Below, one piece after another: positions 7,979 through 15,581 of a stretch of DNA of 42,130 nucleotides. Numbering within the stretch: position 1 is the stretch's first letter; every line of letters starts with the position of its first letter. The stretch is from Pedosphaera sp. (GTDB taxonomy: Bacteria; Verrucomicrobiota; Verrucomicrobiia; Limisphaerales; SXTU01). The translations under genes were made by a program, and so were the position numbers. Where the stretch lies: the NCBI GenBank assembly GCA_043731805.1, contig JAYTIO010000293.1, forward strand, positions 1 through 42,130, in the 5' to 3' direction. The notes under the pieces were generated by a model, which made no database searches, was not told the DNA's origin, and was given only the letters and a program-made list of their open reading frames with translations.

Positions 7979-10828
7979 TCAATCCACGAACGCAAACTCG
8001 TTCAGATTGAAGAGCACGCGACAGGCGTTGGCCAGGCCGTGCTGCTGGGCGTAGGCGAGGAGGTTGGCTTGCTCCTCCGGCGACGGCGCTCGGGCCAACG
8101 CTTCGCGGAAGGCGCGGGCCAGCTTTGCGTTCAAGTCGCCGCCGCCCGCGTCCAGCTTGGCGGCGAAGTGCTTCGACATCGTGACCATGAGGCCGTTGTT
8201 CAGCAGCGCAAGGGCTTGCAGCGCGGACACGCTTTCGTTGCGCTTGCCGACCTGCATCGAGGGGTCCGCGCAGTCGAGCGTCGTCATGAATGGCTGCGTC
8301 TGAGAGCGCACGAGGAAGCGATAGACGGAGCGCCGGTGCGACTTCGGGTCCTCGGGGTCGTGCAGGTGATACTGGTAGTGGGGCGAGTGCTCCGGCTTCT
8401 CGACGATGAAGTCCTGGAAGGCCGGCCCGCCCAGCTTCGGGTCGAGCTTGCCGGCGACGAAGAGGGTCGCGTCGCGCACCGCCTCGGCGTCGAGCTTGCG
8501 GCGGTTTTGGCGGGAGAGGAATTGATTCTCGGCGTCGAGAGTCGCGGGGGGTGAAGCGGCGGGAGCGCCGCCCACACGAGCCTCTTTAACTCTTCCACCC
8601 TTCAACTCTTCAACTGTGCCTGCGCTCGCCTGCCGATACGTCGCACTCGTCACGATGAGCCGGTGCAGCTTCTTCACCGACCCGCCGCCGTCGCGGAACT
8701 CCACGGCCAGCCAGTCCAGCAGCTCCGGATGCGTCGGCAGCGCGCCCATGCGGCCGAAGTCGTTCGGCGTCTCCACGAGGCCACGACCGAAGTGGTATTG
8801 CCAGACGCGGTTCACCAGGCTGCGCCAGGTCAGCGGGTTGTCCGGCGAGGAGAGCCACTTGGCCAACGCGGCCCGGCGCTCGCCCTCGCTGTGCTCGGCG
8901 GGCAGCGCGAACTCGCCGGGCAGGCCCGTGAGATAACTCGGCGCAGCGGGCACCACTTCGTCCTTCGGCTGCTTCACGTCGCCCCGGTGAAGGACTTTGA
9001 TGACACGCGGCTTGCCACCGCTCGGCCCCGTGCCGGCGAAGGAGCCGCTGCCGTGATGCACCGTGCCGGCGAAGACCACCTCGGGCTTCGGGAATGTCTT
9101 CAGCTCCGTCGCCACTTGCTCCAACTCCTTCGCCAGCGCGGCGAGTTGGGCGCGAGCCTGGGCGTCGGTGAACTTCGCGAGCAGCGCCTCCCGCTGCGCG
9201 CGCAGCTCGGCCAGTTCGCCGGAGTTGTCGCCGGCGGGCGCGATGTCGTCGGTGAGGTTCGACTTGCGCCAGCGCGGCGGGGCCTCGATGGAGTCGAGCG
9301 CGGTGACGGTGGCCTTGAGCGCGACGTTGCTGCCCATGCTGTCGAAGACCTGCACCTCGGCCAGCGCGAGGATGAAGTCGTTCTGTCGCGGTGCGAGCTT
9401 CATGGCGGTGAGGCGGAGGTAGCGGGCCGTCGCGCCCATGCTCTTGAACGTCTGCGGCGCGATGCCGGGATTGACGAAATCCACCGCCGTCTTGTCCGCG
9501 ACAGCCACGACGCCGGACTTGAACTGCGCATCCTCACTCGCCTCCACCTTGAACCGCACCGGGAAGCCGAAGCCCGCCCCAATCTTGTTGAAGTCGTCGT
9601 AGCACGGGCGCAGCACCACGCGGTCAATCACCACGCTGCGGCCCAGGTCCACCTGCACCCACTTCGCCGTGTCCTGCGCCGCGGCGGTGGCACTGTGATA
9701 GCCATACTCGGGACGCAGCCCGCCCTTCGCCTTGCTCGCGACTTCGATGCGCTGGTCGAGCACTTCCAGTTCTTTTCCAGCGGCGAGCTTGGGCTTGTTC
9801 TCCAAGGCCGCGCGGCGCGCGATCAACGTGCGCTGCTGGTGTTCCAGTTCGGCGAAGCGCGCCGTCAGCTTCGCGTCGGTGAAATACTTTTTGTCCGCCC
9901 GGTCCACGGCGGCGAACACGGCGTGCAGCCGGTAGTAATCGCGCTGGGGAATCGGGTCGAACTTGTGGTCGTGACACTGCGCGCAGCCGATGGTGAGGCT
10001 GTTAAAGGTCTGCAAGGTGTTCGCGACCATGTCATCGCGGTCGAGGTGGCGCGCAATCTTCCCGTCAATCTTCGTCTCCGGCACTTCCGCGTGGCCGATG
10101 AAATCCCACGGCCCCGCAGCGATGAAACCCAGCGCCTCCACGCCGTCGCGCGTGCCGGGGAAGAGCACGTCGCCGGCGACCTGCTCTTGGATGAAGCGCG
10201 CGTAAGGCCGGTCCTCGTTGAAGGCGCGGATGACGTAGTCGCGATAAGGCCAGGCGTTCGGGCGGGGCTTGTCCTTGTCGTAGCCGTGAGTGTCGCCGTA
10301 GTGGACGACATCGAGCCAGTGGCGCGCCCAGCGCTCGCCGTAGTGCGGGGAGGCGAGGAGCTTGTCCACGAGATTGCTGATGGCCGATTGCCGATTGCCG
10401 ATGGGGGAACACTCGCGCACGAACGCCTCAACCTCCTCCGGCCTCGGCGGCAGGCCGAGCAGGTCGAAGTAGAGCCGGCGAATCAACACGCGCGGCTCGG
10501 CCTCGGGCGACGGCGTGAGTTGCTTCTCCGCGAGCTTGGCGCGGATGAAGGCATCCACGGGATTCTGACTCCTGACTTCTGACTGCTCCCCGCCCGGCAC
10601 CGCCGGCCGCACCAGCGGCTTGAGCGACCACCAGTCGGTGGAGCTGGCCTTCGTGCTCTTCTCCGCCGCGCCTCCGACAGCAAGCAGGCCGAACAGCAGC
10701 AGCGCAGCCCAACCGAGCCGAACGCCACGGGAGCGCGGACGCCCGCGGACGCAGCCGGGGTCGGCGGGCGTTTGTGCTGCGGACGTGGGCGTCCGCGCGC
10801 TAGGCTGAAAGTTCACGTAAGGGTTCAT
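7979..10828 (-). CDS. DUF1549 (PSCyt2) - F5/8 type C (discoidin) - DUF1553 (PSD1) protein
   Basis: 949 aa. The N-terminal anchor is LGWAALLLFGLLAVGG. DUF1549 motifs are NPVDAFI and LIRRLYFDLLGLPP, followed by CAQCHDHKFDPI. The central discoidin-like segment is KWVQVDLGRSVVIDRVVLRP. The DUF1553-type C-terminus contains RVWQYHFGRGLV and ALQALALLNN. Confidence 0.9.
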   Translation of the reverse strand: MNPYVNFQPSARTPTSAAQTPADPGCVRGRPRSRGVRLGWAALLLFGLLAVGGAAEKSTKASSTDWWSLKPLVRPAVPGGEQSEVRSQNPVDAFIRAKLAEKQLTPSPEAEPRVLIRRLYFDLLGLPPRPEEVEAFVRECSPIGNRQSAISNLVDKLLASPHYGERWARHWLDVVHYGDTHGYDKDKPRPNAWPYRDYVIRAFNEDRPYARFIQEQVAGDVLFPGTRDGVEALGFIAAGPWDFIGHAEVPETKIDGKIARHLDRDDMVANTLQTFNSLTIGCAQCHDHKFDPIPQRDYYRLHAVFAAVDRADKKYFTDAKLTARFAELEHQQRTLIARRAALENKPKLAAGKELEVLDQRIEVASKAKGGLRPEYGYHSATAAAQDTAKWVQVDLGRSVVIDRVVLRPCYDDFNKIGAGFGFPVRFKVEASEDAQFKSGVVAVADKTAVDFVNPGIAPQTFKSMGATARYLRLTAMKLAPRQNDFILALAEVQVFDSMGSNVALKATVTALDSIEAPPRWRKSNLTDDIAPAGDNSGELAELRAQREALLAKFTDAQARAQLAALAKELEQVATELKTFPKPEVVFAGTVHHGSGSFAGTGPSGGKPRVIKVLHRGDVKQPKDEVVPAAPSYLTGLPGEFALPAEHSEGERRAALAKWLSSPDNPLTWRSLVNRVWQYHFGRGLVETPNDFGRMGALPTHPELLDWLAVEFRDGGGSVKKLHRLIVTSATYRQASAGTVEELKGGRVKEARVGGAPAASPPATLDAENQFLSRQNRRKLDAEAVRDATLFVAGKLDPKLGGPAFQDFIVEKPEHSPHYQYHLHDPEDPKSHRRSVYRFLVRSQTQPFMTTLDCADPSMQVGKRNESVSALQALALLNNGLMVTMSKHFAAKLDAGGGDLNAKLARAFREALARAPSPEEQANLLAYAQQHGLANACRVLFNLNEFAFVD

Positions 10829-10852
10829 CGGATGAGACGCGTTGCCGGGCTC

Positions 10853-12151
10853 CTACTTGACCAGTTCCCCCACCAACAAAATCGCCCCGGGGAAAAACGC
10901 CGTGCCGTCGTAACGCTCGGGCTTGTCCATCTTATTGTCCCGGGTCGCGAGCATCTTCGCCTTGTCCGGCTGCTGCGGGTGAATTTCGATTTTGACCGTG
11001 TGGACTTGGTCCGGCAGCTCGGTGCCAAGACTGAGCGTCGCGAGCCGGTGATAGGTGCAGTAGCTGTCGAAGCGCGGGACGGTGCGTGGCGACTGGTCGT
11101 CGAGCGTCACGATGACCTGCCCGCAGTCGGGACCGATGATGTCGTAGATGGCGGCCCGCGTGCCTCGGAACTTGAAGGAGAGCGTCGCACCGGCCTGCGA
11201 GCCTTTGTGCAGGGCGGTCATGCGGTTCGCCCAGCGTTTGCCGAAGGCGTCGGTCTTCGCGTCGAGTAGGGCGAAGTCCTTGGAGAGCGTCGCCGCATTG
11301 ATAGGCAACAGCTTCGCGTGCTCGTAGTTCGTCGCGATGAATGGCGTGCCCAGCTTGTGTGCGCCCGTGGACTTTGAGGCCTCGCGCATCACCGGCAGCG
11401 ACCGCGCCACGGCCTGCAAATACAGCTCGTGCCCCGTCTCGACGTGCGGATGCACGCCGTCCGGCGCGAAGACGAATTTGTCCCCCGCCTTCGCCTTCTC
11501 CTCCGGCGTCTTGGGCAGCGGCGCTTTCCAGACCAGCTTGCCGTCCTTCGCCAACCGCGCGACCTCCATGCACATGTGGATGCTCGGGATGCCGTAGTGG
11601 TCCGCGACCTTCTCCATCGCGCTGGCGGCGCGCGGGAACTTGCCCTCCAGCATCGGCGGCGAGAGTTGCTCCGTGATGGTGTAAACGAACGCGATGTCGC
11701 ACTGCGGCAACGTGCGCCACGCCTGCCGCACGATGCCCTCCATGCAGCGGTGAATCTGCTCGGGCGACGCGAGCCCGTCGTTCACCGCGAACTCGACGAG
11801 GAGCAAATCCGGCTTCGCATCCAGCACGTCCTGCTTAAGCCGGAACACGCCGAGGTCCGAGCCGGTGCCGCCGATGGCCGCGTTAATCTCCGAGAACTTC
11901 GCCGTCGGGAAAGTCTTCTGAAAATGCGCCAGCGTCTTGGGCCGCCAGCCCGGCTGCGCGGTGATGGAACCACCGAGATAGCCCACCTTCACCTCAGCCC
12001 CGGTGGTGCTGGCCTTCGCGAAGAAGTTCGGCAAGCCCGCGCGCGGCCGGCACTCCTGCGCCGAGGCGAGGGGGAAGTCCTGGGCGGCGGCGGCCAAGGT
12101 GACGGCCAGCAAGCTGACGAGCTGGCGGAGGAACTGGAAAGCGACGGGCAT
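10853..12151 (-). CDS. secreted SGNH/GDSL-type hydrolase with C-terminal extra domain
   Basis: VGYLGGSITAQ is block I (the GDS-like Ser), LLVEFAVNDG is block III and DGVHPH is block V. I start it at the internal ATG (complement of 12149..12151), giving the signal MPVAFQFLRQLVSLLAVTLAAAAQ. It ends 24 nt before the start of the downstream gene. Confidence 0.85.
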   Translation of the reverse strand: MPVAFQFLRQLVSLLAVTLAAAAQDFPLASAQECRPRAGLPNFFAKASTTGAEVKVGYLGGSITAQPGWRPKTLAHFQKTFPTAKFSEINAAIGGTGSDLGVFRLKQDVLDAKPDLLLVEFAVNDGLASPEQIHRCMEGIVRQAWRTLPQCDIAFVYTITEQLSPPMLEGKFPRAASAMEKVADHYGIPSIHMCMEVARLAKDGKLVWKAPLPKTPEEKAKAGDKFVFAPDGVHPHVETGHELYLQAVARSLPVMREASKSTGAHKLGTPFIATNYEHAKLLPINAATLSKDFALLDAKTDAFGKRWANRMTALHKGSQAGATLSFKFRGTRAAIYDIIGPDCGQVIVTLDDQSPRTVPRFDSYCTYHRLATLSLGTELPDQVHTVKIEIHPQQPDKAKMLATRDNKMDKPERYDGTAFFPGAILLVGELVK

Positions 12152-12381
12152 GGATGGCGTTGGGTTGACGAATTGTCCCCGCAGAGTGTCCGACGGCGGG
12201 CGGCGTCTCAAGCGAGATTACCAACGCCGGCAGGGGTTCTCGATCAGCCTCGACCTGAAGCTCACCGGCGCGTCGCCGAGTCAGGTGAGAGGGATTCTGC
12301 TGCAAGCGACTTTTGCATTCGCGTCGCCCGGCCGCTGGGCTAGCCTTCACCAAGTTCAATCCAAATTTTGTCGCGCATCGC

Positions 12382-13722
12382 ATGAGACTCGCTTCGTTCC
12401 TCGCCACACTGGTTCTGGCCCTGTCCGTCACGCGGCCGGCCAACGCCGCGCTCGCCGCGCCGGACTTCACGCTGGTGCAGGCGCTCTTCAAGAAGCACTG
12501 CGTCGAGTGCCACTCGGTCACGGACGCGGAGAACAATCTCATCCTCGAGACCTACACCTCGCTGATGAAGGGCGGCGACGGCGGCGTGCCCGTGGTGCCG
12601 GGCAACAGCAACGCGAGCCTGCTGATGAAGTCCATCGAAGGCCGCGACGGGAAGAAACTCATGCCGCCCGGCAAGAAGAAGAAGCTGGAGGCGTCCGAAC
12701 TGGCCCTCATCAAGGTGTGGATTGGCAGCGGAGCCAAGCCGCCCGCCATTGCCACCGAGCCGGTGCGCGAGTTGGTCACGCCGAAGATTGCGCCGCGCGT
12801 CACGCCCCGGAAATCCATTCAGTCCGTTGCCTTCGCCGCCCAGCTCAACGTCATCGCCGTCGCGCGCTACCGCGAGGTCGAACTGCGCGACGCCGAGTCC
12901 GGCGCGGTGCGGCACACGCTCACGGGCATTCGCGGCAACGTGAACTCGGTGGCCTTCTCCACCGACGGCCAGTGGGTCGCGGCGGCGGGCGGCGAGCCGG
13001 GCTTGCAAGGGCAGGCAGCCATCTGGCGAGTCGCGGATGGCTCGCTCGTGCGGAAGTTCGAGGGGCATTTCGACGCGCTCTACTCCGTGGTGCTCTCGCC
13101 CGATGGCAAGCTGCTGGCCACCGGCAGTTACGACCAGAAAATCAAGCTCTGGGACACCGCCACCGGCGCGGAAGTCCGCACGCTCACCGGCCACAACGGC
13201 GCGGTCTATGGCCTCGCCTTCCGCCCGGATGGCAAGGTCCTCGCCAGCGCCAGTGGAGACCGCACGGTGAAGCTCTGGGAAGTCGCCACCGGCAAGCGGC
13301 TCGACACCTTCTCGCAGCCGACGAAGGAGCAATACACCGTCGCCTTCAGCCCGGACGGACGGCGGCTCGTGGCGGGCGGTGTGGACAACCGCATCCGCCT
13401 CTACGCCGTGAGCGCGGGCGCGGTGGAGGGCACGAACCCGTTGCTCGAAGCCAAGTTCGCCCACGAGGGCGCGGTGCTGCGCATCGTCTTCGCCAGCGAC
13501 GGCGCCACGCTCCTCTCCAGCGCCGAGGACCGCACGGTGAAGTGGTGGGACGCCGCCCAACTCGTCGAGCGCGGCCATCTGGACACACAGCCCGACCTCG
13601 CCCCCGCCGTGGCGTTCACCGCCGGCAACACGCGCTTCGTCGTCGGCCGACTGGACGGTTCGCTACAATTCTTCGACGCGAAGACGGGCCAGCCGGGACC
13701 GCTGACGGGGAGGATTCAGTAG
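12382..13722 (+). CDS. PSCyt1 (planctomycete-type cytochrome c) domain fused to a WD40 beta-propeller
   Basis: The internal ATG at 12382 gives the signal MRLASFLATLVLALSVTRPANA. The heme motif is CVECH, in FKKHCVECHS...LMKGGDGG..VVPGN. It is followed by about 7 WD40 repeats (GH..AV.SVAFS.DG..., LATGSYDQKIKLWD, LASASGDRTVKLWE). Confidence 0.9.
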   Translation: MRLASFLATLVLALSVTRPANAALAAPDFTLVQALFKKHCVECHSVTDAENNLILETYTSLMKGGDGGVPVVPGNSNASLLMKSIEGRDGKKLMPPGKKKKLEASELALIKVWIGSGAKPPAIATEPVRELVTPKIAPRVTPRKSIQSVAFAAQLNVIAVARYREVELRDAESGAVRHTLTGIRGNVNSVAFSTDGQWVAAAGGEPGLQGQAAIWRVADGSLVRKFEGHFDALYSVVLSPDGKLLATGSYDQKIKLWDTATGAEVRTLTGHNGAVYGLAFRPDGKVLASASGDRTVKLWEVATGKRLDTFSQPTKEQYTVAFSPDGRRLVAGGVDNRIRLYAVSAGAVEGTNPLLEAKFAHEGAVLRIVFASDGATLLSSAEDRTVKWWDAAQLVERGHLDTQPDLAPAVAFTAGNTRFVVGRLDGSLQFFDAKTGQPGPLTGRIQ

Positions 13723-13723
13723 C

Positions 13724-14204
13724 GTGGCGTTGCCGCCCGACATGAACGAACCGTGGGCATCGGATTGGGCGGTGACGCACGCCAGCGCGCTGGCGCGGAG
13801 TTTCCGGCATTGGCTGGGCCGCGACCTTTGGCCCGGCCTCGCGGAGCCACGAGCCTTGGCGGAAGCCCTGTTTGCCGCGCCCTTCGTCCTGGTCTCGCAT
13901 GGCACGGAGGCGGACCCGGTGCTGAACTATGGCAACCGCGCCGCGCTCGCGCGCTGGGAAATGTCCTGGGACGAACTCACCCGCACGCCGTCGCGTCTGA
14001 CCGCCGAGCCGGTTGCTCGCGAGGCGCGCGCGCCTGCTGGCGGAGGTGACGCGGCATGGGCACATCGCGAACTACGCCGGGGTGCGCATCGCGAAGTCGG
14101 GCCGGCGCTTCCGCATCACCGAGGCGGTGGTGTGGAACTTGCGGGATGCAACGGGTGCGCTGTGCGGGCAGGCGGCGCGGTTCGACCGCTGGGAGGATTT
14201 GTGA
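13724..14204 (+). pseudogene. MEKHLA-domain protein interrupted by a frameshift in a (GC)5 tract
   Basis: The N-terminal half is in the frame of 13724 (..FVLVSHGTEADPVLNYGNRAALARWEMSWDELTRTPSRLTAEPVAREARA). The C-terminal half is in the frame of track ORF 14013..14204 (RLLAEVTRHGHIANYAGVRIAKSGRRFRITEAVVWNLRDATGALCGQAARFDRW). The switch occurs at gcgcgcgcgc, 14024..14033. GTG 13724 is preceded by GGAGG; ATG 13742 is an alternative start. Confidence 0.75.
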
Positions 14205-15196
14205 ACGCTGTCCCGCTCCATCTCGCGCGCTTGCTGGTCGGCCTTGCCTGGCTGTCGGTGGGTTGCAAACAGGAGGCTGCGCCTGTGCCTGCGCCCAAGG
14301 CCAGCTCACCGGTCGCAGTTGCGCCCGCGCCCGCGCGCGAGCCGATGCCAAACGCCGTCCCGCGCCCGGCGCACATCATCCTCGTGAGCTTCGATGGCGC
14401 GCGCCCGGAGTTCGTGCAGCAGGCACGGATGCCCACCCTGCACGCGATGGCGCGCGAGGGGGCGACGACCTGGACTGCTCAGAGCATCGTGCCGCCGCTC
14501 ACGCTGCCGGCGCACACGTCCATGCTCACCGGCCTCGCGCCGGAGGAGCACGGGGTCTATTGGAACTACTGGATGCCCGCCTTCGGCACGTTGCGCGCGC
14601 AGACCATCTTCATGCTGGCCAAGTCCAACGGCCTGTCCGCCGCCGTCTTCTCGGGCAAGGACAAGCTCGCCTACCTCTTCCCCACTGGCTCCGTGGACCG
14701 CGTGTCCTTCCCGCTCACGGACCCACGGGACTGGTCGGGCACGAACGTCTTCTCCGCGCGCGACGTGGCGGCGCAGGCGGTGAACTACTTCGCGGAACGC
14801 AAGCCGCACCTGCTCTTCGTGCATTTCCCGGACGCGGACATGGCGGGGCACTTCTACGGCTGGCCTTCGCCGGAGCAGTTCGCCGCGCTGGCTGAATGCG
14901 ACGCGGCGCTCGCCCTGTTGCGCGCCGGCGTGGAGCGCAGGGCGGCGACCAATGTCCTCTACCTCCTCACCGCCGACCACGGCGGCAACGGCCTCAGCCA
15001 CGGGGTGGACCGCCCGCAAGACATGACCATCCCGTGGATTGCCTGGGGCGCGGGCGTGCGGCGCGGTCATGCCCTGACGAATCCCGTGTCCCTGCCCGAC
15101 ACCGCCGCGACCATCGCGTGGCGCTTCGGCTTCGCGCTGCCGGCGAACGCCGTCGGCAAGCCGGTGCGCGAGGCGTTTGATACCAGTTCCCGGTGA
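14201..15196 (+). CDS. alkaline-phosphatase-superfamily nucleotide pyrophosphatase/phosphodiesterase (NPP-type) lipoprotein
   Basis: The GTG at 14201 overlaps the MEKHLA stop (GTGA) and is preceded by GGGAGGA. The lipoprotein signal is VNAVPLHLARLLVGLAWLSVGC. Motifs are ILVSFDGARPEF, TLPAHTSMLTGL (nucleophile Thr region), FVHFPDADMAGHFYGW and LTADHGG. Confidence 0.85.
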   Translation: MNAVPLHLARLLVGLAWLSVGCKQEAAPVPAPKASSPVAVAPAPAREPMPNAVPRPAHIILVSFDGARPEFVQQARMPTLHAMAREGATTWTAQSIVPPLTLPAHTSMLTGLAPEEHGVYWNYWMPAFGTLRAQTIFMLAKSNGLSAAVFSGKDKLAYLFPTGSVDRVSFPLTDPRDWSGTNVFSARDVAAQAVNYFAERKPHLLFVHFPDADMAGHFYGWPSPEQFAALAECDAALALLRAGVERRAATNVLYLLTADHGGNGLSHGVDRPQDMTIPWIAWGAGVRRGHALTNPVSLPDTAATIAWRFGFALPANAVGKPVREAFDTSSR

Positions 15197-15322
15197 AAGT
15201 CCGGAGCATGCCAACCGACGCCACACCGAGCGCCTGCGCGGCACGCAATGCCACGTGCCTGACGCGCGCCTCGGCCAACGCCTCCTTTGCCCATGACTGA
15301 AACTTCGCCCGCGCCAAACCCC

Positions 15323-15419
15323 GTGCCGGCGGCTCCCAGCCGTCGCCCGTTGGCTTCGGAATCACTGGCCGCGTCCGAGCCATCGGGCACCGCAGACGGC
15401 GACTGGAAGTCGCCGGCAC
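15323..15419. repeat. REP-like element, family B (GTGCCGGCG ... GGCGAYTnnnARTCGCCGGCAC)
   Basis: The termini gtgccggcg (15323..15331) and cgccggcac (15411..15419) are inverted. The right arm cggcgactggaagtcgccggcac closely matches 21861..21883. The 97-bp span compares with 96 bp for the copy at 21788. Confidence 0.5.
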
Positions 15420-15581
15420 TGCCCGACCTCCGCTCCAGCCCGCTCGACCGCGCCGAAGTCGAGCACCTCCTGCGCGCAAGCCCGGGTGCCGGGACCGAGG
15501 CGCTGGCGGAAGGCCGCTCAAAGGCGGGCGGCTCGGGGCCGTCCTCGAATCACGTCTGCAACGGTCCCGTCTGTAGAGGCA

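Noticed and set aside
8663-10582. 639-aa plus-strand ORF. Similar long antisense ORFs occur at 529..1809, 15654..17366, 22652..23917, 24037..26088, 26175..27845, 27449..28945, 29013..30206, 34502..36139 and 40038..41342.
   Set aside because: Each lies antisense to a gene with strong family motifs. Their translations are Arg/Ala/Gly/Leu-rich low-complexity sequence with no motifs. Stop-free antisense frames are expected at ~64% GC.
13724-15196. Single 490-aa ORF as reported in the track.
   Set aside because: It is a chimera of a frameshifted MEKHLA gene and an independent NPP lipoprotein gene that has its own SD, a GTG start at 14201 and a lipobox. The ~60 joining codons are out of frame for MEKHLA.
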